DNA from: Actinomycetota bacterium
GTDB lineage: Bacteria > Actinomycetota > Actinomycetes > S36-B12
Length of the DNA stretch: 64,000 nt
Reading direction: 5' to 3'
Assembly (NCBI GenBank): GCA_009699465.1
Contig: WLOE01000001.1
Coordinates: 309 to 64,308, forward strand
A program made the translations under genes and the position numbers. A model generated the notes under the pieces. The model saw only the letters and a program-made list of their open reading frames with translations. It ran no database searches and was not told where the DNA came from. Below are positions 37,334 to 46,276 of the stretch, piece by piece (the stretch's first letter is position 1; the number at the start of each line of letters is the position of its first letter).

Positions 37334-38938
37334 TCATTTCGCAAAATCCTCCTCCTCGTCCCAACTTTCGTCGAGTTCACCAGCGTGAGTGATGCGATGT
37401 GGGATGGCTCGTACAGCAAACAGTGCACCAGAAAAGGCCAGCACCGCGGCGAGGATCAGCGCAATTTTCATTCCATAAAGGTAAGCAGAACCAGCTACTT
37501 CCATAATCGCCGCTTGGCTCTCAGCAGGCAAGGTATCGGCAAGCTGCACCGCGGCAGACAGAGACGCATCAGCGCCCTGCAGTTGATCGGGAGTTACACC
37601 TGGAATCGAATCAACGCTCTGGCTGAATCTGCTTTGGAAGCCAACGGTCGCAATGCCGCCGAGCAATGCAATACCGAGAGCTTGACCTGATTGTCGAGTG
37701 ATCTGATTGAGAGCCGATGCGCCGCCAGACTTCTCGGGTTCCACAGCGGTCATCATGGCTTCTGTGCTAGCCGGCATAAATACACTGAACGACGTTGCCA
37801 TGAAAGCAAATGCCAGGCCGAGCATCCAATATGGCGAGGTCATACTCGTTGCGGTCATTGCAAGTGCGGAAACTCCAGTCATCGCAGTACCAAAGGCGAT
37901 GGTGCGACGTAGTCCAAATTTTTGCATGATCCAGGGAGCCCTAGGAACAACCAGAAGGTTGACACACACGATTGGCCCCGAAGTCGCAATTGCGGCTTGC
38001 AATGGCGAATAGCCTTTGACGAGTTGCAAGGTCAGCGTTGCTAAGAACATTGCTCCTGACATCGCGATAAAGGCAAATGTCAAAGTGAGCGCTGCAGCGC
38101 TGAGTTGCCGACTCTTCAAGAGAGTCAGTTCGAACATAGGTGACGTTGTTGTGTTCTCCCACCAAAAGAACAGCAATGCAAAGAAGGTGCCTATTGCGAA
38201 TCCACCCAAGATTTGCGGACTCGTCCACCCATGACCCGGAGCTTCAATCACAGCCCAAATGAGTGTCGCCAAAGCAACGGTCGAAAACAACGCCCCAAAC
38301 AGATCAAAGCGCGCGGTATCTGGATCATGTGAATCGGGAACGAGCACTATGCACAACACCAAAGTGACCAGTAAGACAGGAAGATTCACTAAGAAGCACG
38401 CTTGCCAACTAAACCAAGCCAGAAGAAGGCCACCAGTGATCGGGCCGATGAAAGAACCGATGGCATTCATGAGAGACCAGTACGCGATCGCCTTTCGTCG
38501 TTCCTTCTTTTCTCGAAAAACGTCAACCAGAATCGACAAAGTTGCTGGCATTGTGAGTGCCGCACCGATCCCCATGAGGGCTCGCCACACAATGAGTTGA
38601 GTTGGATCCGTTGCCAATGACGCGCCAGCAATCGTGATCATCGTAAGCACGAGACCAAGGAGTAATGCCTTCTTGCGACCGTACTTGTCGCCAATAGCCG
38701 CACCAGTCAGCGTTAATCCAGCTAAGACCACGATGTAGGAATCAACTATCCATTGGAGCTGCGAATCTGAAGCATCAAGATCATGTACCAAGGTAGGAAG
38801 TGCGGTATTAAGGATCGATACTTGCATAGTCACGGTGACAAGAACGAGGCAAAGAACAATCAGCACCAGCCACCTACGCGGGTGACTAGGGCGTACGGAT
38901 TGCTGCATCTTCGAAGTTTGGCACGAAGCACCTGACAA
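37334..38938 (-). CDS. MFS transporter, DHA2 (14-TMS) family
   Basis: ILNTALPTLVHDLDASDSQLQW and GDKYGRKK motifs. Start uncertain (Met at 38938 or MQQSV at 38908). Confidence 0.78.
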   Translation of the reverse strand: MSGASCQTSKMQQSVRPSHPRRWLVLIVLCLVLVTVTMQVSILNTALPTLVHDLDASDSQLQWIVDSYIVVLAGLTLTGAAIGDKYGRKKALLLGLVLTMITIAGASLATDPTQLIVWRALMGIGAALTMPATLSILVDVFREKKERRKAIAYWSLMNAIGSFIGPITGGLLLAWFSWQACFLVNLPVLLVTLVLCIVLVPDSHDPDTARFDLFGALFSTVALATLIWAVIEAPGHGWTSPQILGGFAIGTFFALLFFWWENTTTSPMFELTLLKSRQLSAAALTLTFAFIAMSGAMFLATLTLQLVKGYSPLQAAIATSGPIVCVNLLVVPRAPWIMQKFGLRRTIAFGTAMTGVSALAMTATSMTSPYWMLGLAFAFMATSFSVFMPASTEAMMTAVEPEKSGGASALNQITRQSGQALGIALLGGIATVGFQSRFSQSVDSIPGVTPDQLQGADASLSAAVQLADTLPAESQAAIMEVAGSAYLYGMKIALILAAVLAFSGALFAVRAIPHRITHAGELDESWDEEEDFAK

Positions 38939-39008
38939 TACTTAGGCCTTTGCAAAAGTAGTACGCATAGAAAGCAAAATCACATGGCGCCTGGGCCCAC
39001 CATGGTTT

Positions 39009-39767
39009 CTAGCGAGGAAGTTTGCGGAAAACAGATCGTGGCATTGACTTGAGTCCGGCCATGACAAAACGAAGTGGTCCGGGTGCGTACACCGTTTCCT
39101 TGCCCCTGCGCAATGACTTCACGACAATGTCAGCAACCACATTTGCATCTGTTGTCATTGGTGCTTCCGGCATACCTGCACTCATCTTTGTACGCACCAT
39201 TCCTGGGCGAACAACAAGTACGTGTGCTCCTGTGCCATGAAGTGCATCACCGAGGCCTTGAGCGAATGCATCAAGACCCGCCTTTGTGGATCCATAAATG
39301 AAGTTCGATCGGCGCGCACGGTCACCAGCAACACTTGAATACACCACTAAGGAGCCATGGCCTTGCATGCGCAAACGACGAGCCACGTGCAGACCAATGC
39401 TGACTGCTCCCGTGTAGTTGGTCGTTGCAATCTCTACTGCCAACGCGGGGTCGGCTTCGGCAGCTTCCTGATCACCTAGAACACCGAAGGCCAGTAGCAC
39501 AATGTCAATGTCGCCTGCATCAAAAATCTCATTGATGAACACGCTATGTGATTCAGTGCTTCGCGCATCAAAGTCGACGGCGGTGACTCCAGAAATTCCT
39601 TCAGCGGTCAGCGTTGTGACCGCTAAGTCACGTGCAGCAGAAGGCCTGGCGGCGAGGACGATACGACGCAAACGACGGCGCGGCAAGGCATTGACGGTCG
39701 CCAATGCGATTTCGCTCGAACCACCCAGTACGAGTACTGACTGTGGTTCACCAAGTGCGTCGTTCAT
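39009..39767 (-). CDS. dprE2: Decaprenylphospho-2'-keto-ribose reductase (DprE2-type SDR)
   Basis: 252 aa SDR. VLGGSSEIALA cofactor loop, YGSTKAGLD (YxxxK). Sits 24 nt downstream of dprE1. Confidence 0.8.
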   Translation of the reverse strand: MNDALGEPQSVLVLGGSSEIALATVNALPRRRLRRIVLAARPSAARDLAVTTLTAEGISGVTAVDFDARSTESHSVFINEIFDAGDIDIVLLAFGVLGDQEAAEADPALAVEIATTNYTGAVSIGLHVARRLRMQGHGSLVVYSSVAGDRARRSNFIYGSTKAGLDAFAQGLGDALHGTGAHVLVVRPGMVRTKMSAGMPEAPMTTDANVVADIVVKSLRRGKETVYAPGPLRFVMAGLKSMPRSVFRKLPR

Positions 39768-39791
39768 GTGTTCCCCTTTATAAGTGACGGG

Positions 39792-41156
39792 CTAAATAGA
39801 AAGTCTGCGAGCAAGATCAGATGTGAACGTACCTTGTGGATCAAGTTCATCGCGCACCTTTTGCCATTCACTCAATCGTGGATATGTCTGAGCAAACATC
39901 TGTGGTGACTGACGCGAATCTTTTGCCAGGTACAAACGTCCGCCAGCTGCTGCAATGAGTTCATCTAATTCATCGAGCGCGGCAGCTAAGCCGTCAATGC
40001 CTGCAGGTACATCTGCTGCCAGAGTCCACCCCGCCTGCGGAAAGGACAATGGCGCAGGATTCGATGCACCAAAACGCTTGAGAACGGTGAGAAAACTTGG
40101 AGCACCAACCTCGCGAAGTCGATCAAGAGCTGTGCGAATGAGGTGACCTGCACTGTCAGGAACGACGAATTGATACTGCAAGAACCCACGCGGACCGTAA
40201 ATTCGATTCCAATCTGCCACGCCATCAAGCGGATGGAAAAAGGCACCTATGGATTGCATTTCATCAGTGCGAGATTTCGGAGCTTTTCGAAACCACGCTT
40301 CGTTGAATGCGCGAATCGTGAGTTTGTTGAGCAACCCACCGGGAATGATCGATGGTGCAGTTGCCAGAGCCTTCGGGTCGAAGAGCAACGCTTCAGATCG
40401 CTGTCTAGCGCTGAGCTGTTCGAATGGTGCATGGTCACCACTCGTTATCACACCTCTGCCACTTGGTGAAACAGTGTCAATCCATGCGACTGTGTAGCGA
40501 TATTTATCGTCGCCAGCAATCATCTTCGACATGACTTCGTCGAGGTCGTTCACTCGCTGAGTGTCCACGCTTATCAAGGAACTAGTAATCGGGATGACAT
40601 CAAAGGTGGCTTGCGTGATCGCTCCCGTGAGACCCATGCCGCCAACTGTCGCCCAGAACTTTTCTCGTGTGTCACCTGCGGGCGTGAGCTCATGCACTCC
40701 ACCGGCACCATCGACCAGCGTCAGAGACTTCACGTGTGATCCGAAGGTGCCGTCTACATGGTGATTCTTGCCATGCACGTCGGCACCAATTGCGCCACCA
40801 ACGGTGATCATTCGAGTGCCTGGTGTGACTGGAACAAAAGCACCTTGGGGAACAGTCGCACGCATGATCGCATCCAAACTCGCCCCCGCTCCTGCGGTGA
40901 TGGTTCCGGATGTTGCGTCAAAAGCCACCGAGTCCATCGACTGCAGATTCAGCACGGTTGCTCCGCCGCTTTGCGCCGCATCACCATATGAACGACCAAG
41001 ACCACGAGCTAAGACTCCACGCGGGCCCGCGCCCCGAATCACTTCTTGGACTTGCTCAACAGACGAACAATCGACCACTCGTGCGGAACTTGGACATGTG
41101 CGTCCCCATCCAGTGAGGAGTTTTTCTCCTTGCGTCAATGAAAGTGATTGGGTCAT
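39792..41156 (-). CDS. dprE1: Decaprenylphosphoryl-beta-D-ribose 2'-oxidase (DprE1-type FAD oxidase)
   Basis: LLTGWGRT...ARGLGRSYGDAAQSGG FAD-binding PCMH domain. Start set at MTQSLSL (ATG at 41156), 1 nt after the upstream stop. The track ORF extends to 41282 into the upstream gene. Confidence 0.85.
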   Translation of the reverse strand: MTQSLSLTQGEKLLTGWGRTCPSSARVVDCSSVEQVQEVIRGAGPRGVLARGLGRSYGDAAQSGGATVLNLQSMDSVAFDATSGTITAGAGASLDAIMRATVPQGAFVPVTPGTRMITVGGAIGADVHGKNHHVDGTFGSHVKSLTLVDGAGGVHELTPAGDTREKFWATVGGMGLTGAITQATFDVIPITSSLISVDTQRVNDLDEVMSKMIAGDDKYRYTVAWIDTVSPSGRGVITSGDHAPFEQLSARQRSEALLFDPKALATAPSIIPGGLLNKLTIRAFNEAWFRKAPKSRTDEMQSIGAFFHPLDGVADWNRIYGPRGFLQYQFVVPDSAGHLIRTALDRLREVGAPSFLTVLKRFGASNPAPLSFPQAGWTLAADVPAGIDGLAAALDELDELIAAAGGRLYLAKDSRQSPQMFAQTYPRLSEWQKVRDELDPQGTFTSDLARRLSI

Positions 41157-41157
41157 G

Positions 41158-42063
41158 TCACACTCCCAATGCTCCAAGGCCAAACAGCACAATCCAAGCA
41201 AAACCAAGGACGAGTAAGACCTTGTCACGCAGCACTGCATCTTCTGGTGCTTCAGCTTTACCTTGATCAATGCCAACCGCATATCGCAGGATTGCTAATA
41301 CAAACGGCAGTACTGACCATTGCGCCCAAGGCAACGTTGACGGAGCTGTACCCACTTCAAAAGCCCAAAGGCAGTACGCAGTAATTGTTACTGCTGCGGC
41401 TAATCCCCATACAAATCGCAAGTAACTCAAGGTATATCCCTCAAGACTCTTGCGCTTAATTTCTGGTTGATCACCTGCAACTGCTTCCAACCATGACATT
41501 TCGCAGTAGCGCTTGCCTGCTGCCATGAACAAAGAACCGAATCCTGCAACGATCAAGAACCATTGCGAGATTGGTAGATCCGAGGCAACGCCACCGGCAA
41601 CCGCGCGAAGTAAAAAGCCCATAGATAGCAAAGCAAGTTCGATCACCGGCTCGTGCTTAAGCCCAAGGGAGTACGAAAGTGTGAAAACGAAATAGATACC
41701 AATGACACCGGCGAGCTCTGGACGAATCGCGAATGCGAGAACGCCTGAAGACGCAACCAACACGATCGCCATAGCCATCGCTACAACAGGGGGCAGTTCA
41801 CCGGCTGGGATTGGCCTGAAGCGCTTAGTCGGATGCTGTTGATCGGTTTTTATGTCACGGAGATCGTTAATGAGGTACGTCGCGCTCGATACTAGGCAAA
41901 AAGCAATGAAAGCTCCGACAGTTGGCCAAAACACGTTGACTTCAAAAACCGAACCCGCCGCAAGAGGTGCAGCAAAGACCAAAATGTTTTTCAGCCATTG
42001 ACGTGGGCGCATGGCAACGAGGGCTGCGACAACCATCGGTCGTTGTTGTGTATCGGTAATCAT
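41158..42063 (-). CDS. Decaprenyl-phosphate 5-phosphoribosyltransferase (UbiA superfamily, Rv3806c-like)
   Basis: 301 aa, about 8 TM. RPRQWLKNILVFAAPLAAG and NDLRDIKTDQQHPTKRFRPIPAG (NDxxDxxxD) motifs. Confidence 0.85.
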   Translation of the reverse strand: MITDTQQRPMVVAALVAMRPRQWLKNILVFAAPLAAGSVFEVNVFWPTVGAFIAFCLVSSATYLINDLRDIKTDQQHPTKRFRPIPAGELPPVVAMAMAIVLVASSGVLAFAIRPELAGVIGIYFVFTLSYSLGLKHEPVIELALLSMGFLLRAVAGGVASDLPISQWFLIVAGFGSLFMAAGKRYCEMSWLEAVAGDQPEIKRKSLEGYTLSYLRFVWGLAAAVTITAYCLWAFEVGTAPSTLPWAQWSVLPFVLAILRYAVGIDQGKAEAPEDAVLRDKVLLVLGFAWIVLFGLGALGV

Positions 42064-42569
42064 GCGTTCACACCAACATCGAAGGTTCGCACTTCACTAT
42101 TACGTGGTTCTGAATCACCGACGATTCGTGCAAGTTGCGGTACTACCAAGAACCAAGTAATCACATGCATCAGTATCAAGAGCACACGTGTTGACCACAA
42201 CACAGAATCTGGTTGCATGAGTGGCCCGGAAAGTGACACCACTGCGATCAGCGTGCCAACCCAGAACACACTCCTCTTCGCGAAACGACGGCCAAGAGTA
42301 ATCCCTGATAGCAATGCACCCACCAATGCCGCGACGACGGGCATCACGAGCACGAACACCCAAGAAAGAGATGTGATGTCGGCTTCTGCGCTCGGCTGTA
42401 ACTCAAACGGAACGCCACACAGCAGGGCAATGCCGAACACGATGAGGCACAGCAGTCCTGACCAAATTCCGGTAACCAAGCCCGCATAGAGCAGGAACCG
42501 CACCTTTGGGTTGAGCGCCCTAGGGGGTGCAATCGGGGTCACCGATCGCAGCCATGGACGGGAGGTCAT
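42060..42569 (-). CDS. Hypothetical integral membrane protein (4 predicted TM), translationally coupled to the PRTase gene
   Basis: 169 aa. Four hydrophobic segments and no recognisable catalytic motif. Its TGA overlaps the ATG of 41158-42063 (ATGA at 42060-42063). Confidence 0.55.
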   Translation of the reverse strand: MTSRPWLRSVTPIAPPRALNPKVRFLLYAGLVTGIWSGLLCLIVFGIALLCGVPFELQPSAEADITSLSWVFVLVMPVVAALVGALLSGITLGRRFAKRSVFWVGTLIAVVSLSGPLMQPDSVLWSTRVLLILMHVITWFLVVPQLARIVGDSEPRNSEVRTFDVGVNA

Positions 42570-42698
42570 GTGCCCATTGTGTCGAATAGTTCCGGTATTG
42601 GCGGGAGGCGGATTCCCCTAGATGTGACCTTGCCCGATCCCCTCGCACTCGCTAGGGAGCTGCGCGTAGGGTCAAGGGGTGCATCTGGAGCATCAGGT

Positions 42699-44705
42699 AT
42701 GACCAAGCCAACGGTGAGGACCCCTTCGACGCCCCTGGGTCTGGTGACCTTGGCGCTCGTGATTGCCATGGTGAGCGTGCTCATGGTGTCCCTGGTGATC
42801 ACCGGTGGCTCCTACTCCGCACCCGCCCCTGGGCTTCCCGATCCAGGTGCCCTCGTGGTCTGGGGCACGCCAATCCTTCGCCTCCTCACAGACCTTGCCG
42901 CCATTGCCACCATTGGCTGGCTACTTGCAGCAAGCGTGCTGGACCCAGCTGGTAAGGGCGGCGTTGTGTCGTCCACTGGCCGCCGGGATCTGATGCGAGC
43001 TGCTATCGCAGCCTTCATCTGGGCAACCCTGTCCATAACCCAAATGATTTTTGCTCTTGCCAACATTCTGGGACTTTCACTGAGTGAGACCTTCACACCT
43101 CAGGTCATCTCAACCTTCGCTAATGAAATCCCACTCACTCGCGCGCTTATCGCGATTTCGGTCTTGGCTTTGGTCATTGGTGTTGGCGCACTTGTCAGCG
43201 CGACAACTGGAGCCGCACTGAGTTGGCTCGTTGTCGCACTCGTGGCCGCATCCCTTCCTTCATTAGGCGGACATGGTGCCGGTCTTGGTGACCACGCCGT
43301 CGCCCTCACCGCGGGAATTGCCCATGTCCTTGGCGCATTCTTGTGGGTTGGTGGACTCTTCGCTCTGGCGATACATGCAGCACGCAAAGACTTTCCGATC
43401 CAAAAAGCAGTTCAGCGATTTTCTTCAATCGCTCTCGTGGCGTTCATTTTTGTCGCAGTGAGCGGACTCGCAAATGCCTACACTCGCCTTGATTCAATTT
43501 CGCAACTCATCACTACGGGCTACGGCCAAATTACTCTTGCCAAAGTTGTCGTACTTGTGGGACTTGGTGCAATTGCCTGGATTATTCGAACGCGAATCTC
43601 ACAATCCTTGACCACAAGTCGGACGTGGATCTTTGCTCGCGTTGCATCCATTGAATTACTCGTGATGGGTCTTGCCGTCGCGCTCGGTGTTGCACTTGCT
43701 TCATCAGCTCCGCCAAGAATCGAAACCCAGTTCACCTCAATTGGTGAAAGTTTGCTCGGGTTCAGTTATCCGCCGGCCCCAACTGTGACGTCTGTCGTGT
43801 TTGGTTTTCGCCTTGATCCCCTCTTTTTCACTGGGGCGCTGATCGCTGCTGGACTGTATTGCTTTGGTGTCGCCCGACTGCGAAGTCGCGGTGATACGTG
43901 GCCAATTGGGCGAACCATCTCTTGGCTGCTAGGTATCAGTGTCGTCATCTGGTGCACGAACTCTGGTATTGCTACCTATTCTCAGGTCTCTGTTTCGTTG
44001 CACATGACCGAACACATGGTCATGGCAATGTTTGCACCGATTCTCTTGGTTCTTGGCGCGCCCGCGACCTTAGCCTTGCGAGCGATCAAACCAAGTCATG
44101 GCAACGAGCGTGGCCCGCGCGAATGGTTGGTGTGGTTTCTCCACAGTTGGCCAACCCGTATTTTAACGAACCCCTTCTATGTGTTTTTCATCTACGTGAT
44201 CGGGCTCTACGGCTTGTATCTCACTCCCGCCTTCGGCTGGCTCATGGGAAGTCATGTCGGCCATGTCTATATGCAATTGCACTTCTTGTTCGCCGGTTAC
44301 TTGTTCTACTGGATCATCATCGGCATCGATCCTCGCCCGAAACCATTGCCGTACTGGGGTCGATTCATGTTGCTACTCATGGCGATTTCAGTCCATGGGT
44401 TCTTTGCTGTGATTTTGATGATGAGTACCGATTTATCCTTAGCGCCAGAGTGGTACTCCATCGTGCGGCCACCGTGGGTTACTGATCTGTTAGCTGATTC
44501 AGAAACAGGGGGGCAGATCGCGTGGGCTCTTGCTGAAATCCCTTCAGTGCTTGTCATGGTTGTGATTTCGATTCAATGGGCGCGCAATGACGACCGCGAG
44601 TCCAAACGCAACGATCGTCAGGCTGATCGCGACGGTAATGCTGAAATGAATGCCTATAACGATCGCTTGGCTCAACTAGCGGAACATGATCGGCGCAATA
44701 GCTGA
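42699..44705 (+). CDS. CopD-domain / cytochrome c oxidase assembly factor CtaG-like fusion membrane protein
   Basis: About 668 aa and 14 or more TM. The N-terminal half resembles CopD. The C-terminal half (MTEHMVMAMFAPILLVLGAP...HFLFAGYLFYW) resembles caa3-type CtaG. Start set at ATG 42699, with GGAG 8 nt upstream. The track start is 42570. Confidence 0.6.
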   Translation: MTKPTVRTPSTPLGLVTLALVIAMVSVLMVSLVITGGSYSAPAPGLPDPGALVVWGTPILRLLTDLAAIATIGWLLAASVLDPAGKGGVVSSTGRRDLMRAAIAAFIWATLSITQMIFALANILGLSLSETFTPQVISTFANEIPLTRALIAISVLALVIGVGALVSATTGAALSWLVVALVAASLPSLGGHGAGLGDHAVALTAGIAHVLGAFLWVGGLFALAIHAARKDFPIQKAVQRFSSIALVAFIFVAVSGLANAYTRLDSISQLITTGYGQITLAKVVVLVGLGAIAWIIRTRISQSLTTSRTWIFARVASIELLVMGLAVALGVALASSAPPRIETQFTSIGESLLGFSYPPAPTVTSVVFGFRLDPLFFTGALIAAGLYCFGVARLRSRGDTWPIGRTISWLLGISVVIWCTNSGIATYSQVSVSLHMTEHMVMAMFAPILLVLGAPATLALRAIKPSHGNERGPREWLVWFLHSWPTRILTNPFYVFFIYVIGLYGLYLTPAFGWLMGSHVGHVYMQLHFLFAGYLFYWIIIGIDPRPKPLPYWGRFMLLLMAISVHGFFAVILMMSTDLSLAPEWYSIVRPPWVTDLLADSETGGQIAWALAEIPSVLVMVVISIQWARNDDRESKRNDRQADRDGNAEMNAYNDRLAQLAEHDRRNS

Positions 44706-45448
44706 TGAGAAAAACGGCTGGAGCGATAGCAGGCGCTCTCTGTGCCATTCTGATGATCTGCAATCTTCCTTCGGCTCAAGCTCGTCAATTCACCTGGCTT
44801 GAATCAATCACTACAAGTGATCAAGTTGTTCTCGTCACGGCAAATAATCAAAACTCGACTACCGGGACCCTTCGAACATTTGAAAAGTTCAACGACCAGT
44901 GGAAACTCGTTCAAGGACCCTCTCCAGTGTTTCTTGGCCGAACAGGCCTCATTCCCGGAAATGAGCGTGTGCAATCAAGTGGAAAAACTCCGATCGGTAC
45001 GTATTCACTCACGTCAGGATTTGGACGCCAGGTCAACCCAGGTACCCAAATGCCATATACGCATGTTGATCGAAATGATGCCTGGACGTACAACCCCAAA
45101 GTGCCAAGCACATACAACCTTTTCCAAAGTGCAAACAGGCGATGGTCCTCATATGGCAAGTATGTTGAACACCTTTGGCAGTTGGGGCCGCAGTATGACT
45201 ATGTAGTGACCACGAGCTTTAACGAGCCCACTGGTCAAATAGTGCGCGGCGCTGATGGAATCAATCGCGCAAAACCAAGTGCGAACACTCAACTGGGCGG
45301 TGGAATCTTCTTACACGTATCAAAAGGAATCCCCACAGCAGGATGTATCAGCATGAAGAGAAACGTTATGCGATCACTTCTTCAATGGCTAAAGCCAGCA
45401 TCTCACCCAATCACGGTGATTGGACTGGCGAGTAATTTCAATTCGTAA
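44705..45448 (+). CDS. L,D-transpeptidase family protein (YkuD fold), secreted
   Basis: Signal peptide ending SAQA. C-terminal GGGIFLHVSKGIPTAGCISM contains the His...Gly-Cys catalytic motif. Confidence 0.7.
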   Translation: MRKTAGAIAGALCAILMICNLPSAQARQFTWLESITTSDQVVLVTANNQNSTTGTLRTFEKFNDQWKLVQGPSPVFLGRTGLIPGNERVQSSGKTPIGTYSLTSGFGRQVNPGTQMPYTHVDRNDAWTYNPKVPSTYNLFQSANRRWSSYGKYVEHLWQLGPQYDYVVTTSFNEPTGQIVRGADGINRAKPSANTQLGGGIFLHVSKGIPTAGCISMKRNVMRSLLQWLKPASHPITVIGLASNFNS

Positions 45449-46238
45449 ATGAACTGCGAATCCGGATGTCGCGAAGCACCGGGAACTCAGCGCGAACTAC
45501 TGCGGGAAGTTCTGGGTCAATTGATGCATAGACAATGCATTCATCGTTACTCGCTTTCGCTATGACTTCACCCTGCGGGCTGACAATCTGTGAATGACCA
45601 CCCAGTACAACAGCGCCTTGAGTGCCGATCTCGTTGCATGCAAATATCCAGCATTGATTTTCGATCGCCCGAGCTCGAAGAAGTACATCCCATGCTTCTA
45701 AGCGAGCTTGGGGCCAACCTGAACTCACGATGAACGCTGTGGCCTGCTGCTCACCAAGCATCCTGAAGAGCTCTGGAAATCTCAAGTCGTAGCACGTACT
45801 TAAGCCCGTAGTTCCCAAGACAGTCTCGGCAACAACAATGTCTGATCCGCCCGTGAGTACTGCTGCTTCGCCCGAATCAAAGCCGAAGAGGTGAACTTTG
45901 CGATAGATCGCGATGACTTCACCATTTGGATCGATCAACACACTGGTGTTGTAAATATTGGCATCATGGTCAAGCTCCGCGAATGATCCAGCATGCAACC
46001 AAATTCCATTATCTGCAGCTGACTGTCGCATTGAAGCGACTAAGGACCCATCAATGGGTTCTGCATGGAGCTTTGCGGCAGCAATATCAAATGCACCCAC
46101 ATGCCAAAGCTCTGGGAGCACGACTACGTCAGCGCGTTGTGCCGCTTCCTCGATAAAATCCAATGTTCGTGCTGTGCGCAAGGCAATGTCTTCCTGTGAC
46201 GAAACCTCAAGCTGTACCAGGGCCACATTGACTGACAT
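45438..46238 (-). CDS. Carbon-nitrogen hydrolase (nitrilase superfamily amidohydrolase)
   Basis: 266 aa. Glu-Lys-Cys triad contexts VVLPELW, YRKVHLF and STCYDLRFPE. Confidence 0.82.
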   Translation of the reverse strand: MSVNVALVQLEVSSQEDIALRTARTLDFIEEAAQRADVVVLPELWHVGAFDIAAAKLHAEPIDGSLVASMRQSAADNGIWLHAGSFAELDHDANIYNTSVLIDPNGEVIAIYRKVHLFGFDSGEAAVLTGGSDIVVAETVLGTTGLSTCYDLRFPELFRMLGEQQATAFIVSSGWPQARLEAWDVLLRARAIENQCWIFACNEIGTQGAVVLGGHSQIVSPQGEVIAKASNDECIVYASIDPELPAVVRAEFPVLRDIRIRSSFTN

Positions 46239-46276
46239 ATGACAAGCCTAAGTGCTCACAGCATCTTGGCGTTAGT

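Noticed and set aside
41157-41282. N-terminal 42-codon extension of DprE1.
   Set aside because: It lies entirely inside the upstream PRTase gene, is Cys/Leu-rich nonsense-like sequence, and the Met at 41156 gives a tidy 1-nt gap typical of this operon.
42060-42569. Annotating the 169-aa membrane protein as the PAP2 phosphatase (Rv3807c equivalent) because of its position upstream of the PRTase.
   Set aside because: None of the three PAP2 signature motifs can be found by eye. A positional analogy alone does not justify the call.
42570-42698. A riboswitch or CsoR-type operator in the GC-rich leader of the CopD-CtaG gene.
   Set aside because: No match to any riboswitch consensus I can recall, and only 6-bp inverted elements. 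Alternatively, the region may simply be coding if the upstream GTG is used.
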